Shown one piece after another: positions 40,982 through 50,480 of a stretch of DNA of 64,000 bases (positions are counted from its first letter, which is position 1; each line of letters opens with the position of its first letter). The DNA is from Terriglobia bacterium (GTDB lineage Bacteria; Acidobacteriota; Terriglobia; Terriglobales; Acidobacteriaceae). The position numbers and the translations under genes are program-made. The notes beneath the pieces are model-generated. The model worked only from the letters and a program-made list of their open reading frames with translations, did no database searches and was not told the origin of the DNA. Location: positions 569,573-633,572 of the forward strand of contig CAWCVJ010000003.1 of NCBI GenBank assembly GCA_963799065.1, in the 5' to 3' direction.

Positions 40982-43900
40982 ATGCGATTTAAGACATTGA
41001 TCACAGTAATCGCCGCCATGGCCCTGTTGCTCTCGGGCGTGGCCTTGATGGCCCAGGAAACAACGGGCGGCTTGACAGGTACAGTGAAGGATCCTACGGG
41101 CGCCGTTGTAGCGCACGCGCAAGTGGTGGTCACAGCTCCTTCGTTGACAGGCAGCAAATCCTTCTCCACCGACTCAAGCGGCAATTACCGCTTTGCCAAC
41201 CTGCCTCCTGACACCTACACAGTGACGGTGACGGCCAAGGGTTTCTCCACGGTCAAGCGCGAAGGAGTTGTGATTGAAACCGGCCACTTGCCGACGCTTG
41301 ACCTGACTCTGGCCGTAGGGGCCACCGACACCGTCGTCGAAGTATCCGGGTCTGCTCCCGTGATTGATACGACGACGAACACGACCCAGACAAACATTAC
41401 CGAAGATGTAGTGCAGGACGTTCCACACGGTCGCTCGTTTCAGTCCGTCATTCAGTTCGCCCCGGCAGCGCGAAACGAGCCGCTCGAAGGTAGCAACCTT
41501 CTAAGCAACGGCACCGGCGGCGGTTCGCCAGGCAACGAGAGTAATGGTAGTGATCACGGATTCTCGGTCGCTGGCGGCTCTGACTCGGAAAATTCGTACT
41601 TAGTGGAAGGGCAGGAAACGGCGAATATCATAGGTGGTTATTCCCACACGAATGTTCCCTTTGACTTCATCCAGGAAGTTCAGATTAAAAACTCCGGAAT
41701 CGAAGCCGAGCATGGAGGCGCACTGGGCGGCGTCGTCAATGTCATCATGAGAAAGGGAAGCAATGAATATCACGGCTCGGTATTTGCCCAGTTTGAAAAT
41801 GATGCGCTTGACGGCAGTCCGAATGCTCGAATACGCTACGACGACTCCAGCACGGGTACTCCGACGAGTTGGGGTGCCATAGACCCAGCGGCACAGCTTT
41901 ACCAGCCAACAAAGCCGCACACGAGCGACGTGTTTCCTGGGTTTACCATCGGCGGACCGATATTAAAGGATAGAATTTTCGGCTTCGTCGGCTTCAACCC
42001 GGAGTGGAATGATTATGAGTACAAGATCAATTACGGCCCGTCGAATGGCGGCTTGCTTCCGTATAGCCAAAACACTCAGACTTACTACACCACTGCCCGC
42101 ATCGATGCAAGCATTACAAGCAAAATTCGCGTGTTCGGTTCGTGGTTGTATCAGTACCAGAAGCAAAGCGGAGAGGCTCTGCCTCGCCCGGATTCAACGA
42201 CTGGCTTCTTCAACCCTGCAACCGGTTGCTTCAGCTCAGACACTTGCATATCGGCAGGCTCGCCGAAGTTTGTGTACTCTCACGCGCTCGGCTACTCAGC
42301 GCCGAACAGCACCACGAACGTGGGTGCAGATATCACCATCAATCCTCACGTGATCGCGACGACACGGTTCGGCTACTACTTCGAGAACTACCACGATTTC
42401 GGTTATCCGACGACTGGGGCAATCTATAGCTTCCAGGCAACTGGAATCGGGGCAACCGGAGCTTGCGACACGACCGCGAATCCGAACTGCGTCGGACCTG
42501 CAATCCCGGCCTCTTCCCAGCTGTCCCAATCGACCGGATATTTCAACATCGCCAATAACTCCAACTACACGGCTCGCAACGCGAGCAAGGCTGTCCAGTA
42601 CGATGCCGACCTCGCTTGGTTTAAGAGCGGCTGGGCTGGTACGCACAATTTCAAATTCGGCTATCAATTGAACCGTTTATCGAACGATTTAGCGCAACGG
42701 TACAATGCGCCACTCGTGAACGTTTACCCAGGCTTTAATGGAACCGCTACCTCTTACACTCCCGCGGGCCCAGTCGGCCAAATGAATTGTGCTCCCTTTC
42801 AGGCGCTATATGGCGGCGCTTGCCAAGGTTTGTATGGGTACGTTTCAGTGTTCGACTTCGGCTCCCTGGGCAAGGCCACAAGCTTCAATCACGGCCTTTT
42901 TGTTCAAGACTCTTGGACAGTGGCCCGTGGCGTTACGATCAACGCCGGCGTTCGCTTCGACAAGGAGTATCTGCCGGGCGAAGCGCAGGAAAGTGGTACT
43001 CCTAGCAAGCCCATCAACTTCAACTGGACAGACAAGATTGCGCCGCGAGTTGGCGTGGCCTGGGATGTGTTCCAGAATGGGAAGATGAAGGTCTTCGGCG
43101 GCTATGGTGAGTTTTACGACATCATGAAGCTAAATCTTGCCATCAGTTCATTTGGTGGTCAGTATTGGCAACAATGCTACTACGCACTGGACACTCAGGA
43201 TCTGTCCTCTATTGTTCCAGCCTTCAATAGCAGCGGGCGTTATTGCGGAGGACCTGGCACAGGGGCGTCAACGGAGGCAAATTGGGCTGGTGGCGTCCAG
43301 CCTGCCGGGTTGACGTTTCTAGAGAATCAGAATTTCCGCCTTTTCCCGACCACTTGTTCGACTTGTAACCAGTATCAGGAAGGTGTAGCGCCGAACCTTA
43401 AGCCTTACAAGCAGCACGAATCGGTTTTCGGGGTAGATTACCAGCTGGAAAAGAACCTAGCGTTCGAAGCTCGTTGGGATCGCCGCCGACTAGACCATGT
43501 CATCGAAGATTCCGCAATCTATAGCGGAGCGCTTGCCAGCGAGACATTCGTGATTGTAAATCCCGGCCAAGGCGTAGATCGGACTTTCAGTGGCTTCTGT
43601 AACTTCCTCTACGGTGCGCAAGCTGGAGTAGGCTGCGCGGGAAGCCCGGCTCCTCCAAACAACGTCATCCCTGCCGCCCGAAGCTACGATGGGGTCGAGC
43701 TCCGGCTAAATAAATCGATCAGTGACCACTGGTCGGGAATGTTCTCGTACACCTATAGCAAACTGCGCGGTAACTATACAGGCCTGACTAGCACTGATCT
43801 GGCGGACGGCGGGTTTGGCGGACGAAATTCGCCGAACAACAGCCGCTCATTTGACGAAAACTATTTCTCTTGGAACGACAGCGGTGGATCCTCGAGCGGT

Positions 43901-44548
43901 GCGTTGCCCACCGATCGCCCAAATACGTTCAAAGGCTACGCATACTACGAACTGCCGTGGGGAAAGTTTTCCAGCAAATCAACTACGGATTTCGGCATCT
44001 TCCAGTACCTCTATCAAGGCTCACCTGAAACAACGTTTGTCGACGTGGGTTACGGCGGAAATGCTTGGCCCGTCGACCCTGTCAATCGCGGGAAATGGGT
44101 CGATGTAACTCAGGATCCGGCAACAGGCGCGGTTACAGTTGGCAATACGCGAACGTACCGCACACCATGGTACATCCAGAGCGACTTCCAACTCCAGCAA
44201 AGCTACAAGATCAGCGAAAAGCAGTCGCTATCGTTCTCGGCGACCGTAGGCAACCTGTTGAATCAGCACTCAGTGACCGCCTACCAAGGTGAACTCGACA
44301 CGGGCTATTTCTTTCAAGGAATTACGCCCTCTGGTCCCGGCTGCACATTCATTCCGGGCTCTTGCTTTATCGCTGATGGCCTGCCGTTCTACTCAGCAGC
44401 ACAGCGTCCCTGGAGCTTGTCGGGCAATCTAAATGCCGGTTCGCCCTTCTTCACACCGGGACCGATTACGATCAACAGTCAGTACGGGAAGCCATTGTTC
44501 TATCAAACCTCACGGACTATCCGCTTGCAGGTGCACTACACCTTCTAG
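40982..44548 (+). CDS. TonB-dependent receptor-like outer-membrane protein with N-terminal carboxypeptidase-regulatory-like domain
   Basis: Signal peptide, then GTVKDPTGAVVAHAQVVVTA...SDSSGNYRFANLPPDTYTVTVTAKGF (CarboxypepD_reg), a plug-like region and a long beta-barrel ending in ...LQVHYTF (terminal aromatic residue). Confidence 0.85.
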   Translation: MRFKTLITVIAAMALLLSGVALMAQETTGGLTGTVKDPTGAVVAHAQVVVTAPSLTGSKSFSTDSSGNYRFANLPPDTYTVTVTAKGFSTVKREGVVIETGHLPTLDLTLAVGATDTVVEVSGSAPVIDTTTNTTQTNITEDVVQDVPHGRSFQSVIQFAPAARNEPLEGSNLLSNGTGGGSPGNESNGSDHGFSVAGGSDSENSYLVEGQETANIIGGYSHTNVPFDFIQEVQIKNSGIEAEHGGALGGVVNVIMRKGSNEYHGSVFAQFENDALDGSPNARIRYDDSSTGTPTSWGAIDPAAQLYQPTKPHTSDVFPGFTIGGPILKDRIFGFVGFNPEWNDYEYKINYGPSNGGLLPYSQNTQTYYTTARIDASITSKIRVFGSWLYQYQKQSGEALPRPDSTTGFFNPATGCFSSDTCISAGSPKFVYSHALGYSAPNSTTNVGADITINPHVIATTRFGYYFENYHDFGYPTTGAIYSFQATGIGATGACDTTANPNCVGPAIPASSQLSQSTGYFNIANNSNYTARNASKAVQYDADLAWFKSGWAGTHNFKFGYQLNRLSNDLAQRYNAPLVNVYPGFNGTATSYTPAGPVGQMNCAPFQALYGGACQGLYGYVSVFDFGSLGKATSFNHGLFVQDSWTVARGVTINAGVRFDKEYLPGEAQESGTPSKPINFNWTDKIAPRVGVAWDVFQNGKMKVFGGYGEFYDIMKLNLAISSFGGQYWQQCYYALDTQDLSSIVPAFNSSGRYCGGPGTGASTEANWAGGVQPAGLTFLENQNFRLFPTTCSTCNQYQEGVAPNLKPYKQHESVFGVDYQLEKNLAFEARWDRRRLDHVIEDSAIYSGALASETFVIVNPGQGVDRTFSGFCNFLYGAQAGVGCAGSPAPPNNVIPAARSYDGVELRLNKSISDHWSGMFSYTYSKLRGNYTGLTSTDLADGGFGGRNSPNNSRSFDENYFSWNDSGGSSSGALPTDRPNTFKGYAYYELPWGKFSSKSTTDFGIFQYLYQGSPETTFVDVGYGGNAWPVDPVNRGKWVDVTQDPATGAVTVGNTRTYRTPWYIQSDFQLQQSYKISEKQSLSFSATVGNLLNQHSVTAYQGELDTGYFFQGITPSGPGCTFIPGSCFIADGLPFYSAAQRPWSLSGNLNAGSPFFTPGPITINSQYGKPLFYQTSRTIRLQVHYTF

Positions 44549-44572
44549 CTGGATCTTTACAAGTGTCTTGAA

Positions 44573-44602
44573 GGAGCCGGGCAGACTCGGCTCCTTTTTT
44601 TT
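44573..44602 (+). terminator. rho-independent terminator
   Basis: GGAGCCG ggcagact CGGCTCC followed by TTTTTTTT. Confidence 0.8.
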
Positions 44603-44632
44603 GTCAGAGCTCCAAGCTAGAAGATCAGTTAT

Positions 44633-45775
44633 TTGAAGTCTCCTAAATCAACGCGGTTGGGTTATATCGACTGGATGCGGGGGTTGGCTTGCGTTTTGAT
44701 GTTTCAGACGCATTGCTATGATGCCTGGCTGCGTCCTGTTGACCGGCATGGGGACTTTCTGAAGTGGTCGCAGTTGGGTGGGACGCTGCCTGCGCCTTTG
44801 TTTCTCTTTCTGGCTGGGATTTCCGTGGCTTTGATAGCGGATAAGATGCGTCGCAACGGGGCAGTTGCGTCTCAGATTGGATGGAAGCTGATTCGGCGCG
44901 GGATGGAGATTCTTGCTCTCGGGCTGCTGTTTCGTTTGCAGGAGTATGTGATTGCCTGGGGATGGGCTCCGTGGAGTGATTTGTTGCGAGTCGATGTGCT
45001 TAATGTGATCGGAGTTTCGATCATGATGATGGGCGCTTTGGTTTGGGTGGTGCTCGCGTTGTCCAAGGAACGGGTGCGACTCCGGCTGGGGCTGGGTTCG
45101 GTCGGCGTGGCGGCCTTGATCGCTGTGGTCACGCCTTTGCTGTGGACGACTTGGCGTCCTACTTTTCTGCTATGGCCGCTTGAGTCTTATATCAACGGAG
45201 TACATAACTTGGGTGCGCCGCAGGCTTGGCTGTTCCCGATCTTTCCGTGGACTGCGTTTGCGTTTGCGGGATTAGCGACTGGATGCGTTTTGGTGAGCGA
45301 TGTGGTGCGGCGGTGGGAACGCGTGGCTTATCTGCTTGTTGCTCCCGCGGGAGTGGTGTTGATTGCGGCGGCGTTGTGGCTGGATTCCCGGGCTACTAGC
45401 TTGTATCCCGTGTATGACTTTTGGCATACGAGTCCGAACTTCTTTTTGATTCGCGTGGGATTGTTGCTCGTTATCTTGACGCTTAGCTATGCGTGGTGTC
45501 GCTGGGGATTGGGGCAGGTGGGATTTAGTCCCCTGATTCAGTTGGGGCAGACTTCTTTGCTTGTCTATTGGGTGCATATTGAGTTTGTGTATGGACGGTT
45601 CACTATTTTGCCGCATCAGGGCGTGGGGATTGGGACGGCTTCGGCTGGGTTGGCGGTGATTTTTGTGGCGATGCTGATATTGTCTTTGCTTCGGACGCGA
45701 ATCGATTGGGCTGGCCTGTTCGGACGTGGGACGGACTGGTGGGCGGCTTTGCGGCGGCCATTTCTGGCGGGTTGA
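44633..45775 (+). CDS. DUF1624 (heparan-alpha-glucosaminide N-acetyltransferase-like) membrane acyltransferase
   Basis: RLGYIDWMRGLACVLMFQTH is the N-terminal signature, in a polytopic membrane protein. Starts with TTG. Confidence 0.65.
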   Translation: MKSPKSTRLGYIDWMRGLACVLMFQTHCYDAWLRPVDRHGDFLKWSQLGGTLPAPLFLFLAGISVALIADKMRRNGAVASQIGWKLIRRGMEILALGLLFRLQEYVIAWGWAPWSDLLRVDVLNVIGVSIMMMGALVWVVLALSKERVRLRLGLGSVGVAALIAVVTPLLWTTWRPTFLLWPLESYINGVHNLGAPQAWLFPIFPWTAFAFAGLATGCVLVSDVVRRWERVAYLLVAPAGVVLIAAALWLDSRATSLYPVYDFWHTSPNFFLIRVGLLLVILTLSYAWCRWGLGQVGFSPLIQLGQTSLLVYWVHIEFVYGRFTILPHQGVGIGTASAGLAVIFVAMLILSLLRTRIDWAGLFGRGTDWWAALRRPFLAG

Positions 45776-45781
45776 GGAGTT

Positions 45782-45835
45782 CAAAATCTTCAACACAGAG
45801 GGCACCGAGGTATCACTGAGGTTCACAGAGGAAGG
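45782..45835 (+). repeat. interspersed repeat family 3 (CACAGAGG-type), copy
   Basis: CAAAATCTTCAACACAGAGGGCACCGAGGTATCACTGAGGTTCACAGAGGAAGG. It lies between the convergent stops at 45775 and 45902. Confidence 0.7.
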
Positions 45836-45901
45836 CTCATAACGCACAGAGCGATTCGCTTTCGCGAACCGCTCTGTTGCTTTCGCTAGGATGGCCGGCT
45901 C

Positions 45902-46501
45902 TCAGTGAGCTGGCTGCGGGGCCGGGGTGGCTGGGGCGAAGTTTACTTTGGGGACTTCGCGAGCTGCCTCTGAAGCGGCGAAGTAGGCGTTGTTGACTTT
46001 GAAGCCGGCCCATCCGGCGAAAAGGCTGTTGGGGAATTGCTGGACGTAGGTGTTGTAGTCCTGAAGGGTGTCGTTGTAGCGCTTGCGCTCGATGGCGATG
46101 CGATTCTCGGTGCCGGCGAGTTCGTCCTGCAGGCGCAGGAAGTTTTCGTTGGACTTGAGCTGCGGATAATTTTCTACGACTAGAAGCAGGCGGCCGATGG
46201 CGCCATCGAGTTGTCCGTTGGCGGCGATCTTTTCCTGCGGGGAACCGGCGGAAAGCAGCGCGGAGCGGGCCTTGGCGATGTCGCCGAAAACGGTGACCTC
46301 CTGCTGGGCGTAGCCTTTGACGGTTTCGACCAGGTTGGGGATGAGGTCGGCGCGGCGTTGCAGCACGATGTCGACCTGCGACCACGCGGCTTTGACCGCT
46401 TCATTCTTGGTGACCAGCGTGTTCTTCACGCCGACGTACTGGCCGAACGCGAAGAGCACGATTAGCACCAGTACGATAATGACGATCCACATTTTGCCCA
46501 T
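45902..46501 (-). CDS. lemA: LemA family protein
   Basis: N-terminal TM helix, then NTLVTKNEAVKAAWSQVDIVLQRRADLIPNLVETVKGYAQQE...ENRIAIERKRYN. Confidence 0.9.
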   Translation of the reverse strand: MGKMWIVIIVLVLIVLFAFGQYVGVKNTLVTKNEAVKAAWSQVDIVLQRRADLIPNLVETVKGYAQQEVTVFGDIAKARSALLSAGSPQEKIAANGQLDGAIGRLLLVVENYPQLKSNENFLRLQDELAGTENRIAIERKRYNDTLQDYNTYVQQFPNSLFAGWAGFKVNNAYFAASEAAREVPKVNFAPATPAPQPAH

Positions 46502-46519
46502 GTTGCCTCCCTTGAATTC

Positions 46520-47245
46520 TTAATTGTGTGCTGAATCCAGCATTTTATCCACTGCGGCGGTGACTTTTTCAATGGCCGATAAATAAAGTGTGCAGGTTTG
46601 TTTGGCGTCGGGACGCTGATGCTTTGGGTCGTGACGAATGGCGATTAGAGTTTCGAAGGCGGATGCGTCGAAGGAAATCCTCCTTGCGAGGGTGCTTATG
46701 GTCTCGGATTTGGCGTGAGGCGCGGACTCGCCCAGCGCGATTAGGACGTGGCGGAAGAGTGTGGTGAAGGTGGAAACGGAGCCGAGCATCAGCTTCCAGA
46801 GGGCCACGTCGTCGGTGGTGGCGTGAAGCAGGCGTTCGCGGAGGAGGATGAGTTTTTCGCGTAGCTCGTACTCCAGTTGTGCGCGATGGAGGTGCATTGG
46901 GACTTTGAGTGTGCTGAGGACATCTTCGCCGTAGAGGAGGCGATGGCGTTCTTTCATGTCCAGAAATTCGATGGAAAAGACGTCGGCGGAGCGCTCGATT
47001 TCCTCTCGTGTTAGGAGCAATGGTGAGTGATGCTTTTGGGCGTGCCACCAGTCTGTCGCGGGGGCGAGCGCGGCTAGATCGGCAAACGAGGCTTGGCGCA
47101 AAACGGCGAGCAGGTTGACATTGGAGAAGTCTGGGCGGAAGTCGCCAGTGGCGGCTGATCCGTAGAGGATGACGCTGATGAGGTTGGGGCCCGCGGATTG
47201 CTTAAGGCGGCTGACGAATTCTTCGATCTGTTTCTCGGGAACCAT
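46520..47245 (-). CDS. nucleotidyltransferase domain protein with helical C-terminal domain (KNTase/MNT-HEPN-like fusion?)
   Basis: I chose the start at ATG 47245 (MVPEKQ). LYGSAATGDF...D is the NTase motif. The helical C-terminus contains RHDPKH (R-x4-H). The upstream part of the listed ORF is repeat-encoded. Confidence 0.65.
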   Translation of the reverse strand: MVPEKQIEEFVSRLKQSAGPNLISVILYGSAATGDFRPDFSNVNLLAVLRQASFADLAALAPATDWWHAQKHHSPLLLTREEIERSADVFSIEFLDMKERHRLLYGEDVLSTLKVPMHLHRAQLEYELREKLILLRERLLHATTDDVALWKLMLGSVSTFTTLFRHVLIALGESAPHAKSETISTLARRISFDASAFETLIAIRHDPKHQRPDAKQTCTLYLSAIEKVTAAVDKMLDSAHN

Positions 47246-47266
47246 GTTTGACCTCGCGTTCTCGCA

Positions 47267-47329
47267 GGGGCTAAAGCCCGATTCATTTGCGTCTATTCGT
47301 GGGCCTGAAGGCCCACGCTTCCACGGTTG
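47267..47329 (+). repeat. interspersed repeat family 2, copy 1
   Basis: GGGGCTAAAGCCCGATTCATTTGCGTCTATTCGTGGGCCTGAAGGCCCACGCTTCCACGGTTG, including the perfect hairpin GTGGGCC tgaa GGCCCAC. Confidence 0.8.
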
Positions 47330-47389
47330 TATTTGCATTCCTGTAGTTTGAGTAAAACCGCTCTACCGAATCTTTTCGATACTCTCGAT

Positions 47390-48157
47390 TTACCAACTGC
47401 CGCCGGCACCGCCGCCGCCGGAACTGCCGCCGCCGAAACCACCGAAACCGCCGCCTCCACCGAAGCCGCCTCCCCCTCCGCGATAATTTCCACCGCCTCC
47501 ACCACCGCCGCCGAAGATCAGCATCCAGAACAGGAGGCGGCGGAGCGGCGGAACGAACAACACAATGATGATGACGATGATGATTAGAACGATGCTGATG
47601 GGCGATGGTGCGTCGGCATGGCGAACATGTCGTTGCAAAGGAGCTTTATCTTGATTTTGCGTGAGCTTGACGCCGGCGTCCTGGGCGATGACTCCTGCGA
47701 TGTTAGAAGTGAGTAGTAGCAGAGCACTGTTGTAGTCGTTCTGCTTGAGGAGAGGGACCGCTTGGCGACCGAAGCCGCCGACTTTTCCATCGGGGAGAAT
47801 AGGCTCGAGGCCGTAACCGACTTCCACCCAATAGCGATGATCTTGTACCGCAACCAGAATCAGCACACCGTGGTCGGTGGCTTTGGCGCCGACACCCCAT
47901 TGTTTGAAGAGCTGGTTGGCGTAATCCTGAATCTCGTTGCCGTCCAAAGTATTGATAGTGACGACCGCGATTTGAGCGTGTGCGTTGTGATCGATTTGGG
48001 TGCAAAGGTCGTCAAGCTGGGCGGCGGTTTCGGCGTTTAGGACATGCGCGAAGTCGTTAACGTAATCGGTGGGTTTGAGCTGGGCGATAGGCTCGGCGTA
48101 GGCGAATGGGAGGGCTACGGTCGCGGCGATTACACACGCAAGGAGAAAGCGCTTCAT
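47390..48157 (-). CDS. TPM domain-containing protein (YgcG-like) with C-terminal TM helix and Gly-rich tail
   Basis: Signal peptide, YVNDFAHVLNAETAAQLD...QIAVVTINTLDG...GVLILVAVQDHRYWVEVGYGLE, TM helix IVLIIIVIIIVLF and a poly-Gly tail. Confidence 0.85.
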   Translation of the reverse strand: MKRFLLACVIAATVALPFAYAEPIAQLKPTDYVNDFAHVLNAETAAQLDDLCTQIDHNAHAQIAVVTINTLDGNEIQDYANQLFKQWGVGAKATDHGVLILVAVQDHRYWVEVGYGLEPILPDGKVGGFGRQAVPLLKQNDYNSALLLLTSNIAGVIAQDAGVKLTQNQDKAPLQRHVRHADAPSPISIVLIIIVIIIVLFVPPLRRLLFWMLIFGGGGGGGGNYRGGGGGFGGGGGFGGFGGGSSGGGGAGGSW

Positions 48158-48196
48158 CCGAGCTAAGTGTATCGCAGAAGAGCGGGTGTGGTCGGT

Positions 48197-49198
48197 CTAG
48201 AAGTGGCGGAGGAAGTCGACGACCTTGCGTTCGGCCCAGTATCCGTCGTCGGGGTTTGGGCCTAGTTTTTGCGGGTCGGATAGGAAGGCGCAGTGGCCTC
48301 CGTCGGGAGTTTCGCAGAATTGGATGTGGGGGTTGGCGAGGATTTTGGCGCGGGTTTCCGGAGTGATGCGGATGAAGGGGTCGTTGGCGGCGTGGATGAT
48401 GAGCGCGGGACGGGCGATCTGAGCGATGACGTTGGCGGCGGCGGCGCGGGCGTAGTAGTCGCTGGCGCCGGTGAATCCGGTGTAAAAGGCGGTGACTCGG
48501 TCATCGAATTCGCGGAGGGTTCGAATCCCTTGCAGACGAGAGAGATCGAAGTCCGAAGGAAAGAGTTTTGTTTTGGCGCGAAAACGGCGGCGCAGTTGGA
48601 TTAAGAAATATTGTTCGTAGAGGTAGTTGCTGGGATCGTGCAGCGCGTCGGCGGAGGCGGCGAGATCGACTGCGGGGCATACGGCGGCGACGGCGCGGAA
48701 TGGTTCGGGGCCGGAGTTTCCCCACTCGCCGGCAAGTTTGAGCGCGAGATTGCCGCCCATGGAATATCCCACGAGGGCGAGGCGGGAGATGCGGTCGTTC
48801 CCGATTAGATTCTGAGCTACGGCGGCGAGGTCGGCGGAGCGGCCGGAGTGATAGAGCGTCGCGGACAAGCCGTCGGTGCCGCCGCAGTTGCGCTGGTTCA
48901 TGCGGATGACGTTCATGCCGGCGGTGAGTCCTTTGGCGGCAATACCGCGCATGTATTGCGAATCGCTGGAGCCTTCGAGGCCGTGAATGACGAGGATGGT
49001 GAGCGCGTTCCGGCGATCGGGTTGCCAGTGACAGTGACAGAGAACGCTCACGCCGGATTCGACTTCGATCATGCGGGACTCGGGGGTGGGGAGTGGGACG
49101 CGGCGTTGCAGGAAGAAGCTGGCCAGGGTTTGGCGATGGCCTCCGCGCAAACCGCGGCGAGGAATGAAATCACAGGCTACGGGTTGCGGTGCGGGCAC
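48197..49198 (-). CDS. alpha/beta hydrolase, YheT/ABHD1-3-like
   Basis: LVIHGLEGSSDSQYM and the nucleophile elbow GYSMGGN are present. Confidence 0.75.
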   Translation of the reverse strand: MPAPQPVACDFIPRRGLRGGHRQTLASFFLQRRVPLPTPESRMIEVESGVSVLCHCHWQPDRRNALTILVIHGLEGSSDSQYMRGIAAKGLTAGMNVIRMNQRNCGGTDGLSATLYHSGRSADLAAVAQNLIGNDRISRLALVGYSMGGNLALKLAGEWGNSGPEPFRAVAAVCPAVDLAASADALHDPSNYLYEQYFLIQLRRRFRAKTKLFPSDFDLSRLQGIRTLREFDDRVTAFYTGFTGASDYYARAAAANVIAQIARPALIIHAANDPFIRITPETRAKILANPHIQFCETPDGGHCAFLSDPQKLGPNPDDGYWAERKVVDFLRHF

Positions 49199-49240
49199 GA
49201 ATTGATTCTAATGGAGTGAGCAAAACCTGAGGAGAGTGCA

Positions 49241-49477
49241 ATGCCGATTTTCGAATATGCCTGCAAAGAGTGCGATCACGAATTTGAGGCGCTGGTGTTT
49301 GGGCGGGATAAGGCGGCGTGTCCGAAGTGCCAGAGCAAGAAGCTGACGCCGAAGTTGTCAGTCTTTGCCATGACGTCGAAGTCAGGATCTACAGGGGCTT
49401 CGGAACCGGCAGGCGGATGCGGATCGTGCGGCGATCCGCGTGGGCCGGGTGCTTGTTCTTTGGGAGATATGAACTAA
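49241..49477 (+). CDS. FmdB family zinc-ribbon protein
   Basis: MPIFEYACKECDHEFE...CPKCQS (CxxC..CxxC), preceded by GAGGAG. Confidence 0.8.
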   Translation: MPIFEYACKECDHEFEALVFGRDKAACPKCQSKKLTPKLSVFAMTSKSGSTGASEPAGGCGSCGDPRGPGACSLGDMN

Positions 49478-49494
49478 AAGTCTACGGCGGGTCG

Positions 49495-49594
49495 CGCGGC
49501 ACGACTGAAATCGTGCCGCGATACGAAGTCTATAAGAGAGGGTCGAAAGCACTTCGTGCCCCCAGGTCAAGGGCGGCGGACAGGAGTGTCCGCC
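49495..49594. terminator. two strong hairpins between convergent genes
   Basis: CGCGGCACGA ctgaaa TCGTGCCGCG (49495-49520) and GGCGGACA ggag TGTCCGCC (49575-49594). Neither has a U-run. Confidence 0.35.
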
Positions 49595-49617
49595 CCACAC
49601 GATCTCATCGTAGGACG

Positions 49618-50205
49618 TTAGTTGCGGACGCCGATAGCGAGCGCTTGCTTTTGTTTCTGCCAGTAGATCAGTGCGCCCATCAATCCCATGAACAACATAA
49701 CCAGCAGCATGTCGAGTGAGCCAGCTTCCGGCACTTGAACATTGCCTCTGCCGGAAATGTTCAACCCATTGTGCGAATTGTTGCAGCCATTGCACTCGAA
49801 TCCGAGGACAAAGCTTTGGCCGTTGCCGATTCCGCCGAAGCGCGAATTGATGCCGCTCAGAAGGATGGTGGTGATCCCGTTCACCGTGGAAACGGAGCAG
49901 TTCGCAAAAAGATTCTGAAAGCAGTTGATTTGGCTGGCCGGAACTCCGGTCTCAGTGAGTTGCAACGTCGACCAGCTCGCGCCGGAATCGTTGGTCAGGA
50001 AGAATGCGCCCACTCCGCTCTGAGGAACCGAGACCGAAAACGCTTGCCCGGCAGCTTGGCAGCCCGACGGTGGGCACCAGGCGCTGGTAAGGCCGAGTTC
50101 AGCTCCGGCTCCGGGTGCAAGGCGGTGCGAGTTGGCATTCGCCAGGGGCAATGCGAGCATCGTGCTCGCAAACAGCAATACAACAGACTTGAAGGATTGA
50201 TTCAC
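49618..50205 (-). CDS. PEP-CTERM sorting domain-containing secreted protein
   Basis: GTG start at 50205 follows AGGAGA. Signal peptide VNQSFKSVVLLFASTMLALPLANA. The C-terminus VPEAGSLDMLLVMLFMGLMGALIYWQKQK is a PEP-like motif plus TM helix plus basic tail. Confidence 0.7.
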   Translation of the reverse strand: MNQSFKSVVLLFASTMLALPLANANSHRLAPGAGAELGLTSAWCPPSGCQAAGQAFSVSVPQSGVGAFFLTNDSGASWSTLQLTETGVPASQINCFQNLFANCSVSTVNGITTILLSGINSRFGGIGNGQSFVLGFECNGCNNSHNGLNISGRGNVQVPEAGSLDMLLVMLFMGLMGALIYWQKQKQALAIGVRN

Positions 50206-50480
50206 TAAATTCTCCTGCTCATTTTCTAATTCGGATTGTTTGGGGCGACGGGTCGGGTCGCGAGCGGGGGAATTTGATAACCATCGATAGTATGACTCGA
50301 CTAGCGGGAACGCGAAATGGCCCGTAGGTGCTAGGCGAGTTACTAATAGACTGGGAGACTTTTGGCCCTCAAGCGCTGACTCGTAACCGTCTGGAGTTGA
50401 GCCAGCCTTGCCCAAGATGGCCCGATTCTAGGGCCCGATTCGCGCAAACTCCGTATGTTGTTTAGAATTGTGGTTTGCCC

